DNA of 64,000 nucleotides, from positions 13,950,001-14,014,000 of the forward strand of contig OX638165.1 in the NCBI GenBank assembly GCA_951804945.1, written 5' to 3'. The position numbers were made by a program, and so were the translations under genes. This DNA comes from Podarcis cretensis. Lineage: Eukaryota. Shown in pieces: positions 36,685 through 49,880 of this stretch (its first letter is position 1; each line of letters begins with the position of its first letter). The notes beneath the pieces were generated by a model that did not search any database, was not told where the DNA came from, and saw only the letters and a program-made list of their open reading frames with translations.

Positions 36685-37197
36685 CGTGGTCTTTCTCTTT
36701 TTTTGTAACAAGACCCTGTCTCTCTTGAGGGTGGGAGAGGTGGGGAGATCAAGCCAATGTCTACCCAAAGATTGAACTGAGCCCTGGTGTCCCTTTCAAA
36801 GCAGAAAGAAAACCCACCGAGTTTTGAGACCTCGGAAGTCAACAGTGGCAGAGTAATACATACTTCTCTTGTGTCACCCATTCATAATCCAAAAGGGAAG
36901 AACTGCCTCATTTCCCCCCACCAGTCTTCCCGTGTGGTCGGCTGTTGCTGAACCAACTCGCCCCAGGCGAGTAGCTGTTTGCAAGCTGCCACTGAAAGTC
37001 CGCAGTGCACAAAGTGGGTCCAGCAGGAATTCGACAGGTTGATCCCCAGCGCTGGGTACATTTTGCAGGATTTATCTCAGGTTAACTGAGCTGGTCACTG
37101 TCATTCTTACTTCACTGGAACGAAGGCCAGGGTGGTAGACTCTGCACTAGTCACATCTACCCACAGCAGGCTGAGGCTCCTGAATCTTAAGTTAGAA

Positions 37198-37478
37198 CAG
37201 GGCTAGGCAACCTAAGGCCCATGTGCCACAAGCTGCCCACGGGGGTCGTTTAACTGGCCCACGAGCCACCCCCGAACCAAGCCACCCACTCGGTGAGTCC
37301 CCACGCACTGCGCTAAACCGGCACAGCGCAGCGCAGGGACTCGCTTCCACGGCACTGGAAATCGCATCTGTGCAGACACAGACGCTGAAAATCACGTCTG
37401 CACAGATGCAGATGCTGGAAATTGCTGGCGTGTGCACTCACATGTGCGCAGAATCCAGCCCACGGAGGGATCTCCCTG
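37198..37478. mobile_element. hAT non-autonomous element
   Basis: CAGGG...CCCTG ends; 8-bp TSD AGTTAGAA at 37190-37197 and 37479-37486. Confidence 0.8.
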
Positions 37479-38507
37479 AGTTAGAACATTGTGGTTAGTC
37501 CGTCTGAGATCTAGCCTCCTCTCCTGCAGTGAAGGGCGCCTCCTAATGGCAGCTAGCAGGAACTGCATCAATATGCAAGCACCTGCAGAAGTGATATGCA
37601 TTGTGCCCAAAAAATCCTAATTTCATGTACATGCTGATCGCTTCCTGAACCGGCAGTGATTGACCAGAAAAAGGGATATTGGGGTTGTGGCGGACAGCCC
37701 AGCACTTGCAGATGCTATGAGAGCTCCATGTTGGGAATTGCTAGGAAATGAATTGAACAGAAATCTGCCTTTGACCAATCTGTTGGTGTTAAAAGACTGA
37801 GGAACTGTCTCCCACTAGAGCCAACTTAGATAGCTTTAAGAGAGGATTAGCCAAGGCTATACATAGCTGCTCGCCACAATGGCTCTGCCTAGAGACAATG
37901 CTCATCGTGTAAGCTAAAGCAGGGTGATATTATTTAGCTTATCTTAACCTTGCAGGGTTGTTGGGAAGATAAAATGTGGCATGTTCTTAACCTGAGGTAC
38001 CACTGTATATAGCAAGCTACATCTTGGTCACACAAGTAAGTCAGAGGTTTCTACAGCTACCTTTCCACTTCCTTCCAGGAAAGCAGGGGGCACAACCCAG
38101 TTAAAGGACACTTTGCAGGCAAACAAAAGCCCCATGACAAACATGGCCTTGGGATAGGAGGAGCCCCGACTCAGTGGGAGAAGCACATTGCAAGGGGAGG
38201 GAGTAGATGTTCCTTTGGCTCTCTTCTAGCTCCACAGTTCTAGGATTCTGTGTTTAGCATGGAAGAGGCCCCTGGATTGGCTCCAGTAAAAGGGCTTAGG
38301 TAGCACCAGGTGGGACAAAGAATCTGACCTATTGGAAGGCGCTTGGTTGGCTTCTGTGAGGATGCTACAGAAGATAGGACACTTTTGGCCAGACCCAGCG
38401 TGGCTGCTCTTAGGTTCTTCATGCCAGCCAAACACAGAAAACAAAATTAAGACAGAAAGAGGGAGGGAGGGAGGGAGAGAGAGAGCAGGAGGGTATCATA
38501 AAAATAA

Positions 38508-38513
38508 TTTATT
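38508..38513 (-). terminator. poly(A) signal of SPINDOC
   Basis: AATAAA on minus strand about 800 nt after the stop codon, followed by a U/GU-rich downstream element. Confidence 0.65.
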
Positions 38514-39310
38514 GTTCCTTTATATAACAACAACTCAGATTCCCTTTAATGTAACTCATCCCTGGGAAGGTGCTGGGCAATGGCGCTGCCCCCCCTCCCC
38601 GCTCGGGTGTGTGCCTATTAAAAGTCATATAACAGGGTGTGAAGCCTCATCCTGCCCTGCCATGGGTCCTATGTATTGTGCCCTGTTAGCTGGAGTGTCA
38701 GTGGGGGGGGGGGCAGAGAGGGGAAAACATTATTGCCGAGGAAGGAGCCAGAGGCATCCCTTGCCTGTTTCGCTGCTGTGGAAACTAAGCGATTAGGGGG
38801 GCGGGAGTCCCTGGTCAGGCAGAGCCCCACCTCCTGATATGCTCCACCACCCCTGCTCTCTCTGGGGAGACAGAGAGGCAAACTTTTGGGAACACATGGG
38901 GTGTATGTGGGGGTAGTTGCCACGTGAAGGGTCTCCCCCAAACCTTTGGAGGTGAGGCAGCAATCGCCATTTCCCTCTCCTGCCACACAGACACACAAAA
39001 CATTCACCTTCCTCCCATCATCCTCTGTGGTAGTGATCAGGCGGACTGGTGGGGAACGGAGGGCAGGCACAAAGACGGAAGAGGCCGTGGCTGACCCCAG
39101 AACATGCTTGAGTAACGAAACGAGACAAGAATGAGGCGCCCTCTGGGTAGGGAGCCCAAGAGGGGAAAGAATGAACCCCACTTAGTAACTGGGTGCCTAA
39201 CCTTTCTTCCACCCGCCCACCCCCCAGCTGCCATGGGTGGCGAGTCCAACGACTTACGTTGCCACATTGGCATATTGGAGGGGTGGGATGGGCGACGGCC
39301 AAGCTCCCCT

Positions 39311-39735
39311 TCACTTCCTGGGGGCGGCAGAGGGGGACTGGCCCCTGCTCTCCCAGACTTCACGGATGGTGCGGCGGACCTCCCGCGGGAGGTGGAGGGT
39401 CTCGGAGTGGCACTGGAGGATGTGCTGCTTGACGGTGGCCAGGCAGATGCGGCGCAGAGGGTACTCGCACACCATGCAGACCAGGTGATTGGCCGCGGCG
39501 TCAAAATCCACGAGGAAGCGGGCGCGCCAGGTGGGGTTGAAGCTCTTGGCCAGGAGTTGGGCGTCCTCGCTGCCCGCTGCCGCCCGCTGCCGGCGGGGCT
39601 TGGCGTCGCAATCTTTGGCGTTGCTGCCGGGGGAGTTGGCCAGGGCGCGAGGGGCAGGGTCCCGTGGTGGGCAGAGCTGGCGGGGAGGAGGATCCGTGGA
39701 GTGGAGCCGAAGTAGAGACACAGAGCATTTGCGAT
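39311..39735 (-). CDS. SPINDOC: SPINDOC last coding exon, with a second SPIN-DOC-type zinc finger
   Basis: Pyrimidine tract plus AG (39736-39737), phase 1 matching the previous exon. WRARFLVDFD...LVCMVC...VKQHILQCH...IREVW; stop at 39311-39313. Confidence 0.8.
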
Positions 39736-41932
39736 CTGGGGAGGAAGAGGCGGCGAATTGAAACAACAGGCCGTTCGCTCAGTCCACCTATCCCAGAGTT
39801 GGAAGGGACAACGGGGGTCAACTGACCCAACTCTCCGCAATGCAGAAATGTTCTACCCAATGTGGGGCTCGAACCCACAACCCTGATATTCAAGGGTCTC
39901 GTGCTCTATCAACTGAGCTGCTCTCACAACTAAAAGTGAGCATTTAGACAGCAACGAAAGAGCTCAGCTGGATCAAGCCAAAGGCTGACCATCTAGCCCA
40001 GCCTCCCATTCTCATGGTGGCCAACCAGATGCCCATTATGGGAAGCTGATCACAGAATCAGAGTTGGAGGGGACCCTGGGAATCATCTAGTCTAACCCCC
40101 TGAAATGCATATGGGTATCGAACCTGCGACCCTGGGATCATCAGCACCATGCTCTAACCAATCAAGCTATCCAGGCTGCTAAGCAGGACTTGAGGACAAA
40201 AGTGCTCTCTCCAGCCACCCAGATAGATCAGTCGGCAGAGCACGAGACTTAATCTCAGGGTTGTGGGTTCCAGCCTCACACTGGGCAAAAAGATTCCTGC
40301 ACTGCAGGGGGTTGGACTAGATGACCCTCATGGTCCCTTCCAACTCTGTGATTCTGTGAATCCCCAGCAGCTGGTCCCCGGAGACATGTACTGCCTTCAT
40401 TTACTGCTTCCACTCTGGAAGTAAAGCAGAGCAGCTGTGGCTTGTAGTCATGAATAGCCTTAAGCATCATGAATTTGTGTAATCCTCTTTTATAGCCATC
40501 CAAGTTGGCGGGCAGTACCTACGCCTCAGAAATGCCCCTGGGAAGTCCCCAAGCATAGCAGAAAGCTCAGGGGGCGGGCAGGGCTGAGAATGGGGATATA
40601 TAAAGAGAAGAGATGTTGGTGTGCAAATCCTGCCTTGGGAGACGGAAGGAGTTCCAGTCCAGTTTTCAGCCGGGCTTCAGCCTTGGCTGAGCTTGGAGGG
40701 AATAAGCCAGTGATGTGAGGTTGCTCGTTTTGGTGACTTTTGATACACAGCCGGCAAGATTGGAGATAACATTCAGCCTCCCAATTAGCAGGGGGGAAAC
40801 CATAACACAGCAAGGACAAGAAACATCGCTTGTTTGTGCTAAAACAGGGGCGGTGAGTTTCTGGCCTGCAGGCCAATCCTGGCCAGGCAGGGGGTCCAGT
40901 TTGGCCAGCCCTACCTACCCGTCTGTCAGCTGCCGTCACTCAGGAAAATGGGTTCAATTCTGCCTTGGCTGTGGAAACAGGCACTTGCAGCCAGAGCGGG
41001 ATTTAGCACCCCTGGCAGTCAGCTGAAGAGTGGGTGGTGGGTGGGCCTAAATCCGACCCAGTTTTGCCCCTTGCGCCTGTTCCTTATTGGGAACAAGCAG
41101 CAAGACTTACCCACTGCTCTCTTCCTTGGGCCTGGCTTTGCTTCAGAGTCCTGGGGTGGTTCTGTAACAACAACATCGATAATACATTGTGGCCACCTGT
41201 AGGAACCCGTGCCATCAACATGCCCCCCAAATCCCAGAATAACAGAATTACGGAGTGGGAAGGAGCAGTGATCTGCAACATTCCAGGCAGAGGGCCGTCC
41301 CACCTCTCCTTAAGCCAACAGCTTCCAAGGAAGCCTGACTCCCTGCCATTTCCATCCCTTGGCTCTAGTTCTGCAGGTGGGGACGGGACTCAGATGTTGC
41401 TGGACTCAGTAACCCCTAGCCGTTGGCCGTGCTTGCAGGGGCTGATGGGAGTTGGAGTCTTCCAGACCTGCTTTAAGGGGTTAGAACATGGTGGCCAGTG
41501 TTCCGTTTTAAGGGTGGGGTGGGCAGCCTGTGGCCCTCCGGACATTGCTGGGAGCCCAACTTGCAACAGTCAAGGAGGGAGCTTTTCCCCCCAGCTTCCT
41601 GCCCCTGCCCTGCCCCTTCCACCACTGCCAGTTGCCAGGGTGGGAAAAGAGAAGTCGATGGGATGGGAGGCAGAGGGTGGGGAGAGGTCAGTACAAGTCC
41701 GAGCCTCCAGGACACCGACCCTCAAGCCTGACCGCGGCTCCGCCTCCACCTCCTCAGGGAGGCCATGTGACAGCCTGGCTGTGTGCATGTTGCATTTGAC
41801 AGGTAACGTGCCTCTGGTTTGGGCCCGGGCGGCAGTGGTAGCAATGCACACATGTTTTACCTGCTCCCCCCTTCCTTCTCCTTTCCCTCACGCAGGGAGA
41901 TTTTTAAGTATGACCGCCAAAGCACTAATCAC

Positions 41933-42052
41933 CTGGTTGAGTCCGGCAGTACAGTTTCAAGGCAAAGCCAGCTGGAAAAGTGCCGTCCGTGAAGATACGG
42001 ATTTCGGCAGGTGCCGAGCCTGGGACCCCACATTCCGAGAGCCATTCCTTTC
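41933..42052 (-). CDS. SPINDOC: SPINDOC exon encoding the Spindlin1-docking peptide
   Basis: APAEIRIFTDGTFPAGFALKLYCRTQ matches human APAEVRHFTDGSFPAGFVLQLFSHTQ; AG/GT ends, 120 nt, phase 1-1. Confidence 0.92.
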
Positions 42053-43921
42053 CTGGGAAGAAAAGAGGCGGCGAGGAATTAAGCCAAGGATTGGGCAACT
42101 TTTCAAGCCCGAAGGCTGCATTCCCTTCTGGGCAGCCTTCTGGGGGCCGTGTGGAAGTGGCACTGGTTGTGGAAGAGGCCAGAGGTGAAAGAGGGCAAAG
42201 CATATTGGCTCTTTGTCAAATAGGATGGCTTACACACACGCTCACACTCCCCACACGCCTGCCCCACTTTCTCTCCTCCATCCAGACAGGCTAGAGGCAT
42301 AATCTGAATTCAAGGACATATTCCGGCCAGACAAAAACACTCAAGGAGGGTGCAGAAGCAAGGCCATGGAGGCAAGTGGCCTGGGAAGAGTCCCGAATCT
42401 GCCACCACTGAAAGTGACTACTATAAACTCAAAGTTAGACCTATTTAAAGTGATGGGCATGGCTCCACTAGGTTCACTAGTTTAAATGGGTCTACTCTGA
42501 GGAAGAAACTTAAGTTGGATGTAACCCCCACAATCCTATTCTGTCCCCTCCCAAAACAACAGCACAAAAAAATATGTACTCTGTACCAAGCAGAGCCAAA
42601 TTCTGCGATCTGTGTAAGTCAGGCACGTCAAACTACTCTGCACCCCCCCACCCACATTCTCACCCCACCTATTTTGCAAATTATTCTGACTGTGTTGGGG
42701 AAGGGGCACACAGCGACTTTTGCAAGAATGAAGGATGGTTTTGTTCAACCCACCAAATTCAGGTTTTCAGTATTACCAAAACCTTGATGGCATGCTGTCA
42801 AGCCCCTCTTTAAAGGTTAGAAACTTGACCTTCAAAGGAGCCAAGGAGGAAGGCAGATAAGATCCTACGAATGTTTGGCGCCTCTGCGGAGCGCTAGCCT
42901 GTGGGTGGACACACAAGGAGGCAGCTAGGCACGCAAAGGGAAGGAACGGTGGCGGCGACTGAACGGAAGACGCTTCCATTGCTTTGGGGAGGGAAAAACC
43001 TGCCCCCACTCTAAAAAGCAGCCTTACAGCAATGTTGCTAACCTGTGGTCTTGCTGGGATGCTTGCTCGTGTCTTTGATGGCGCTCAAGCTGTGCCACCT
43101 CTGCTGGCCTTGTGATCGCCGTTCAGGGTCTAAGCATACATAAAGGAAAAACAGTTCCACGGGTTAGGTCCATGGTCTTCAACTGGTGGCTGGAGTCAAG
43201 TCATATCCCACTCCAACGCTAAAGTGGAAGGCAGTGCCTGTGGCCATCAGGCTTCGCTCATCCTGCACACTTTGCAAAAGAAGGGATTTCCGGATGAGGC
43301 TCTTATCCCTACAAGAAGAGCCTACAGCCATAAAGACTCCTCCTTCTACCCAACAGCCAGAGGTAGAGAGATGCCCTCTTTGGCACCTGGGCAAGAGAAG
43401 GCTAAAGCCAGACACATGTGTTAAAAACAAACAAACATTGGAATGGGGTGTCGTCCTGCTGGTTGAGGGATTAAGGGCCATAGCTTGGTGCTTTGCACAC
43501 AGAAGGTTCCAGGTTCAATCCCTGGCATCTCCAAGTAGGGCTGAAAAAACTAATTGAAACCCTGGAGAGCTGCTGCTAGTCAGTGTAGACAGCACTAAGT
43601 TAGATCCCTTGGCGTAAGGAAGCTTCCTATTTTCCAGTTTAAATTCAGAACCATGAGGACTAGAATCTCATTTCGTTTTTTAAGGGAGGGGCCACAGTTC
43701 ACATGTTTCCTGCAGAAGGACCCAGGTTCAGCTTCCTGGAGGCATCTCCAGGTAGGGCTGCAGAGCGCCCCCTGCCTGAAATCCCTGCCGGTCCGTGTCG
43801 GCAGTGTTAGGCCAGACGGCAGCTCCCTATTTTTCTTACGAGTGGGTCCTGGGTCTGAGAACGATGACGATGACCCGTCTAAGCGACGACCACCACCACC
43901 ACCTCCGGCCCCAGCACTCAC

Positions 43922-44026
43922 CGCAGCGCGCTCTCAGGTGCCCACGCTTCCGACTCGCCGGCTGCCGCTCCTCCGAATCGAGGAGCACCTCTATCTCAGC
44001 CGGCTGCTTGCTCTTGCCGGGGTCGC
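43922..44026 (-). CDS. SPINDOC: SPINDOC internal exon (missed by the ORF track)
   Basis: CCAG|GC...TGCG|GTGAGT, 105 nt, phase 1-1. Encodes DPGKSKQPAEIEVLLDSEERQPASRKRGHLRARC (human PAEIVVLLDSED). Confidence 0.88.
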
Positions 44027-45562
44027 CTGGCAGGGGATAGTTTCAGAAAGGGGAATCAAAAGCGGCACACAGCACTGCATGTTTGCTCCACGGCAAAGAG
44101 TGGAAATGGGCAGCAGCGGGCAGAGGACTTGGCCTCCCAAGGATCTCATCTTCCGTTTAGGGGGAGGGAGAAAGGAAAGAGACAAGTTTCTAGCCCTTAT
44201 GGATGTGAATTGGTACTCCAAGGCAATGCCTGGAGGAATCTTGGTATCCAGGGTGGAGCTGAGAGAGAGAGAGGCTAAGTCAGTAGGCAATTGTCTAGGG
44301 CAGCCTTTGCATACCCAGAGCCCTCTGGGTGTTCTCAGCTACAACTCCCATCAGCCAACATGGCCAGGATGGCTGGGGCTGATGAGAGTTGTAGTTCCAA
44401 ACACCCAGAAGGTGCTTTCGCCAGCTGTTTGCTTCTCCCAGTGACTAACAGGCACAAACATAGGCAGAGTGATTGCATTTCTATACATTCTTCATGCATA
44501 AATACACAACTTCCTGGTTGCGTTGTCCAACCTAAAGGCCAGTATCTTCCAACTTCTGTAGTCATTAAATGCCGCTAAAACCCACAATTCAAGTGCTATT
44601 TCACTGTCAGTCCTCAGCACCATCAGGCCTCCTCTTGATCCCTACACTCAACTTTTGCCCTGGGACTGCAAAGATGGAGGGCAGCATGTCTGGACCTCTG
44701 CCACCACCCGGGGGTCTAAGGAAGGCAGCGCCCCCTGCCTTCTAGGAGGAACATCACAGCAAGGAGGAGACCAGCCTGACCCAGTCCAGTGGCCAGAGAA
44801 GGAGCAGCTGCAGAGAGCTGGCTTCCCCTCTCCGTGCCAGGGAGAACATTTATGAAACACTATGTAAGCGAGAACAAGTCCACGAGTTTGCTTTTTCCCT
44901 CCCAATCCTTTTTTCTTTTGTGCTGTGTCTTTTTTCAAGTCTGTAAACCTGTGGGCAGGCTCCGCCTTATCACTGGTTGTCTGCAAACTGCCCTGGCTTT
45001 TTCAGCTAAAGAGCAGAGAAAAACACTTCCACTGAAATGTTTGCCAACATCCTGTTAGTGTAGTCAAACAATGACTTGAAATGATTCTTGAAAGATTTTG
45101 CCCTAGCAACAAGTCTGCCCCTTATCAACAGGTTTCTTTATAAGGCAAGGTCTGGATCAGAGAGAGAGAGAGAGAGAGAGAGAGTTGGAGGCTGTTGCTC
45201 TGGCCAGATGGCTGAAGAGCACAGTGAGACAGAATGATTATCTGAACGTAGTTTTACTTTACTTTACTAGACTAGTGGTTCTACAAGATGTAATGTTAAT
45301 TTGACAATAAATGCATTCAGAAGAACCAAAATGTGAAGAAATGGATTCTGGAAGACTTTCTGGGCGACTCTGCTGACCGGAAAAGGAACCCCAAAGGATG
45401 GCAAACTGCACTGACACCCCCAGCCCCTTCTCCAGGAGGCACAGGGGAAATGGAAGAGGCAGACACAGAGGGCCACTTTATCTCAAAACCCAAAACCTTT
45501 TCCAGACACAACTGGAGATGGCACCATTTAATACAACACTGATCTGTGTTGGTGTGTGTTAC

Positions 45563-45847
45563 CTGCAGGGGAAGGTTGTGGCTCTGGCTCAGGAAGCACC
45601 ACCCCTTCGCTCCAGGCTTCCAGGATGTTGCGCTTCTCTTCGAAGCTGAAGTCCAAGGAGTGGGCGTGATGCTCCAGAATGTGTTTGCGGGCGGCCACAG
45701 GCCCCGAGGCACTCAGGTTGCCGCCGCACACCATGCACACTGGCTGCCTGCCCCCCGAGCTCTCGGCAATCAGGTACTCCTGACTCCAGGAGCTGCCTGC
45801 CTCTTCTGGGCCAACCTCGGCCACCGGGATTACAACCAGCCGCTCTC
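45563..45847 (-). CDS. SPINDOC: SPINDOC exon encoding the SPIN-DOC zinc finger
   Basis: SWSQEYLI...CMVCG...ARKHILEHHAHSLDFSFEEKRNILEAWSEGV matches human SWEQEFLV...CMVCG...ARSHILEQHPHTLDLSPSEKSNILEAWSEGV; 285 nt, phase 1-1. Confidence 0.93.
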
Positions 45848-46613
45848 CTGGGGGTGAGAAAGGGGGCACGTTGGGATGGAGGAGGGGTCTGATGCCAGCC
45901 TTGGAGACAGTTCCCATCTCCCTGATTCCTTGTGCGCGCTCTGCCCCCTTCCTTTCTCTAACAGACGCTGCCGGACTACAAGTCCCATCACCCCCCCCCA
46001 TGATCATGCTGGCTGAGACTGATGGGAGTTGGAGTCAGGGCAGGCAGAGAGAGCCCTTGGCTGCCCTATGGATGGCACTGGGAATGAACCTCCCATCAGC
46101 CACAGCCAGTGTGGCCTACCAGCAGGAATGGCGGTGGTTTTTGCCTAGAGAGTAGCCACAGGACCTCTACTCCTCTCTTCTAGGTCAGCCTCATTGGCTC
46201 AAGCTTTTTCCAACAAACAGCTCTTATTATTGTTTCACGGGCTAACTCAAGGCTGGAGGTCCTTTTCCATCCTAAGAACCCAATAAAAGCCCTGCAGGTT
46301 CAGGCCTGCAGCCCCTCCAGCACCTAATTCATGTAGTGGCCAGCAACAGACAGTGGAGGGAGAACATGGCCATTGAGGCTGGTAGCCATTGATCGCCTTG
46401 TCCTCCGTGAATTTGCCTAATCCTCTTTTAGGTTGGTGGACACCACCCCATCTTGCTGGAGGGAATCTCCCAGTTTAGCTATGTGCTGTGGGAAGAAGCA
46501 TTTCCTTTTGCATGTCCTCAAGCATCGGACTTTGTTGGGCATCCCTGAGTTCTAGGATGATACGAGGGGAGGGACTTTCCCTGTCCTGCGCCCTGGAGGG
46601 GCACGTTCCCCAC

Positions 46614-46770
46614 CTCTGTCCACGGGATCTGCGTGGGGCCCATCCAGCCTGACTGGGGGGCAGCTGGGGAGCAGATGCCCTGCGGCCACTTTCTCTTTCT
46701 CCTTCTCTGTTTTGCACTTCAAAGAGACCTTGAGGTAGTCCAAGAGGGGAGCTTCTGCCTTCAGTGCCAT
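46614..46770 (-). CDS. SPINDOC: SPINDOC first coding exon (exon begins at 46806)
   Basis: MALKAEAPLLDYLKVSLKC versus human MALKAEGAALDCFEVTLKC. Acceptor at 46807-46808, donor AG|GTGGGG in phase 1. Total CDS 1092 nt = 363 aa. Confidence 0.85.
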
Positions 46771-46925
46771 GAGTGTTTCGGTGGGGCTGGCACAACAAAA
46801 GCCCACCTGTAGAAAAAGAAGCAGCACCGTTCAGGTTGCAGAGGGGGTGGATGGAGATGGGAAAGAAACACTTCCAAGGTGACAACCTCAGTTCCCACAC
46901 CTCTTTTTCTCCTGGCTAGGAAAAA

Positions 46926-46966
<41 letters not shown>

Positions 46967-46970
<4 letters not shown>

Positions 46971-47211
46971 GGTACCTTGGTTCTTGAACGGCTTGGCTCC
47001 TGAACAAATCGTCCGGCTCCTGAATGTCGCAAACCCGGAAGTAAGTGTTCCCGTTTGTGAAGTTTTTCAGAAGCTGAACATCTGACACAGCTTCCGCTTG
47101 AGTGCAGGAAGCTCCTGCAGCCAATCGGAAGCTGCGGCTTGGTTTTCAATCAGTTTCGGGTGTCAAACAGGCCTCCGGAATGGATTAAGTACAAGAACCA
47201 AGGTGCCACTG
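46967..47211. mobile_element. Tc1/mariner MITE, second family (related: 52864-53103, 60807-61027)
   Basis: CAGTGGTACCTTGG...CCAAGGTGCCACTG TIRs; abuts a (CA)n tract. Confidence 0.75.
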
Positions 47212-49789
47212 TATAGGAAGGCTCTGTCATTATTTATTTATTTAAGACATTTAAATAACACTTAATATTTAAATATTCTCGGTGGCTGCTCCCAGACATT
47301 GGGACTCCCTCCCTACAGAAATTGGACTGGCTCTCTCCTTGTTGTCCTTCCTCCGGCAGGTGAAGATTTTCTTGTTCCAACAGGCGTTTGGGAACTCACT
47401 GCTTTTAAGGAAAGGGCTGGTGCTGTGCTGTTTTTATTGTAATTATTGGTATGGTTTCAATACATCCTATGTATGTATACAGTTTTATTTTTATCAATGT
47501 TTAATTGTTTTTCAGTGATTGCTTTTTCTGTTTTTAACAGCTCTTATTTTTTACCTGTAAGCGGCTTTGCTTCCTATCAGGGGGAAAAGGTGGGGTATAA
47601 ACAAGCAAGCAAGCAAACAAACAGAATCAGAATTTCTAAGCAGTGTAAACAAATTGTTAAAAACCATTCGAAAATAAGAACAAATAAAGCTCATCATAGA
47701 AACAGAACTTTACTGACTTCCTGCTGATGAAGCCAAAAAGGAAAAAGGGGAAGAGAAAATAAGCAGACTCAGACCATGACATGAAGCAATTCTGGGATAC
47801 AGTTTCTGAGCAAGATGTGGGAAACATAGCTATTTGGGGACCTGAAGGCCATTGCTATAGTCACTCCTCCCCTCAATTATATTTGTTTATTTCCACTCAC
47901 AAAAGTCTTCTTTGTCTTCAGGCCACGGGAACCAGGATGCGGGCGGGGATCCGAAGGCCATACAGGGGAGACATACAGAGCCAAACTGCACCCTCTGCTG
48001 TTCACTGTACATTTTAAAGTATTATTTGGATGAATGCAAGGATAAAGTTTGCCAGCCTGCTGGAATATAGGATACCCCCTTCCTCTTTGCTGAGTACATG
48101 TGCAAAACATCTTAAGAAACCTGCTCCCTGAGTTGTTGCTACCCCCAATCTTTTGTTTTCTTATTCAGGATTTTTTTAAAAAACAAACAAACAGGCACCA
48201 TGTGTTCAAATTTACCTCCTACCACCTTGAGAACTAGAAACTTTGTTACTTTTAAAGCAAATACTGCCACACTGTGGGTGAAAGGAACTGCATAATGCAC
48301 TGGGATGTGACATTAATTCCAAACCCTTCCTACCTGTGGCAGGGCGTCAATCCGGATCGTATCCAGAGGAAGGGCTTGGTATCTAGAATCCACGCAGTGC
48401 TGCCTGGTGATAGCAAAGTCGCTCGCTCTTCTGGAAACAAAAGTGGGGAATAGTAAATCCATTAGCCACAAGAGTCTTTGTTCCCTAGAAAAGAGGAGAA
48501 CCCAAGGGGAAACATACTTGTGTTTTCTTTAAGAAAAACTTCACATGTAGAAAGTGCCATCATCTACGAAGAAGAGGGAAGCTGTGAACACAAACTCCAT
48601 GCATTTAAAGCACATGGCTTCCCGCAAAGAATCATGGGAATTGTAGCGTGGTGGGAATTGTAGTTCTGGGAGCAGTAAGCTACAATTCCCAGGATTCTGT
48701 GGGCAGCCTTACTGTGTTCAAAGTGCATTCAGCATAAAGCATAACAACACAACCTAGAGGATGTTTGTTTAATACTTTTGTATTAACCCTCCTCTGCTCC
48801 TGCACATTCAGGGCCAATCTCTTTTTTTCCTGGTTTGAATATGTACGGTATTGTCTTTCTTGCTTTGACTGCTGGGTCTTTGCCCTGACACCAACCCCCC
48901 CCCCCTTTAAATTATAAAGGTGTACTCCATTCATGTCCGAAAAAGGAACAGTCTCAACATCCCGTGGAATTCTAATTTCCCTCCCCACAGTCACAAGGCC
49001 CTGTTCACATTTTTGCCATGTCCACAATTACTCCCACCAGAACCTCAAATCTCCTCCATCCTCTAAAGCAAACCCACAACTATTACTTTTATTATGAAAT
49101 TGTCTACTCTGATCTCATTGTAATAAGCCACTTTGAGCATCATTTTGGGAGGGGTGGGGGGGAAAGATGGCCTACGAATAAAGTGATAATTATGAAATAA
49201 TATCACTTTCCTTCAAGTCTTTATTTCTCCAGAATCTCATTTCTCCCACCAAACAATTTGCATTGTTGCACCTCCCTGTTCTGAACCTTCTACCCCAAAG
49301 TGTATCATCATCATCATCATCATCATCAAAAAAATCATTATTTGTACCCCACTCTGGGCGGCTTACAACAAATTATTGAAAATACAATAAAACAACTTTG
49401 CACCTCCTTCCCCCTCACCAGGCACCATTTTAATTCATTCCTGGATCTCAGCTAGCCAGCCAGCCACCAGCCTGACTTCTCCTTCTAGACCTCCCACCCT
49501 TCTCTACCTTGCCTCCACCCACAGATTTCTCCTCTGTTCTCCCTCTACATCCTGCCCCACACCATCCCCGCAGGGTAATACTCTTTTCAGGGTCTTTGTG
49601 TGTCTCATCTGCATCTTAAAAGAGGCAAAATGCCCCCATCTTTACCATTTTCACATCTCCTCCCTTAAGAGTCCATGGGTTGTCTCCAATGTTCAGAGTA
49701 GACCCATGGAAATGAAAGAACCTGGCTGTTCATTTCAGTGGGTCTGCTCTGAGTAGGACTTAGCTGGATACAACCCTAACACACTAAAC

Positions 49790-49880
49790 CATAGCTGTCA
49801 ACTTTCCCCTTTTCTTGCGAGGAATCCTATTCGGAATACGGGAATTTCCCTTTAAAAAAAGCGAAACGTTGACAGCTATG
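49790..49880. mobile_element. 91-bp hAT MITE
   Basis: Perfect TIR CATAGCTGTCAAC/GTTGACAGCTATG and exact 8-bp TSD CACTAAAC at 49782-49789 and 49881-49888. Confidence 0.9.

Noticed and set aside
40225-40286. tRNA-Lys-like and tRNA-Ala-like sequences at many positions
   Set aside because: Degenerate SINE heads followed by SINE bodies; not intact tRNA genes.
41034-42188. 384-aa plus-strand ORF
   Set aside because: Non-ATG start, runs through MITE fragments, antisense to SPINDOC intron and exon, no domain-like composition.
42869-42898. Possible 30-nt SPINDOC micro-exon with a good acceptor; also acceptor-like sites near 43388, 42163 and 40682
   Set aside because: In the required phase 1 they give stops or frameshifts, or need non-canonical donors. 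Cannot exclude NMD-type alternative exons without RNA data.
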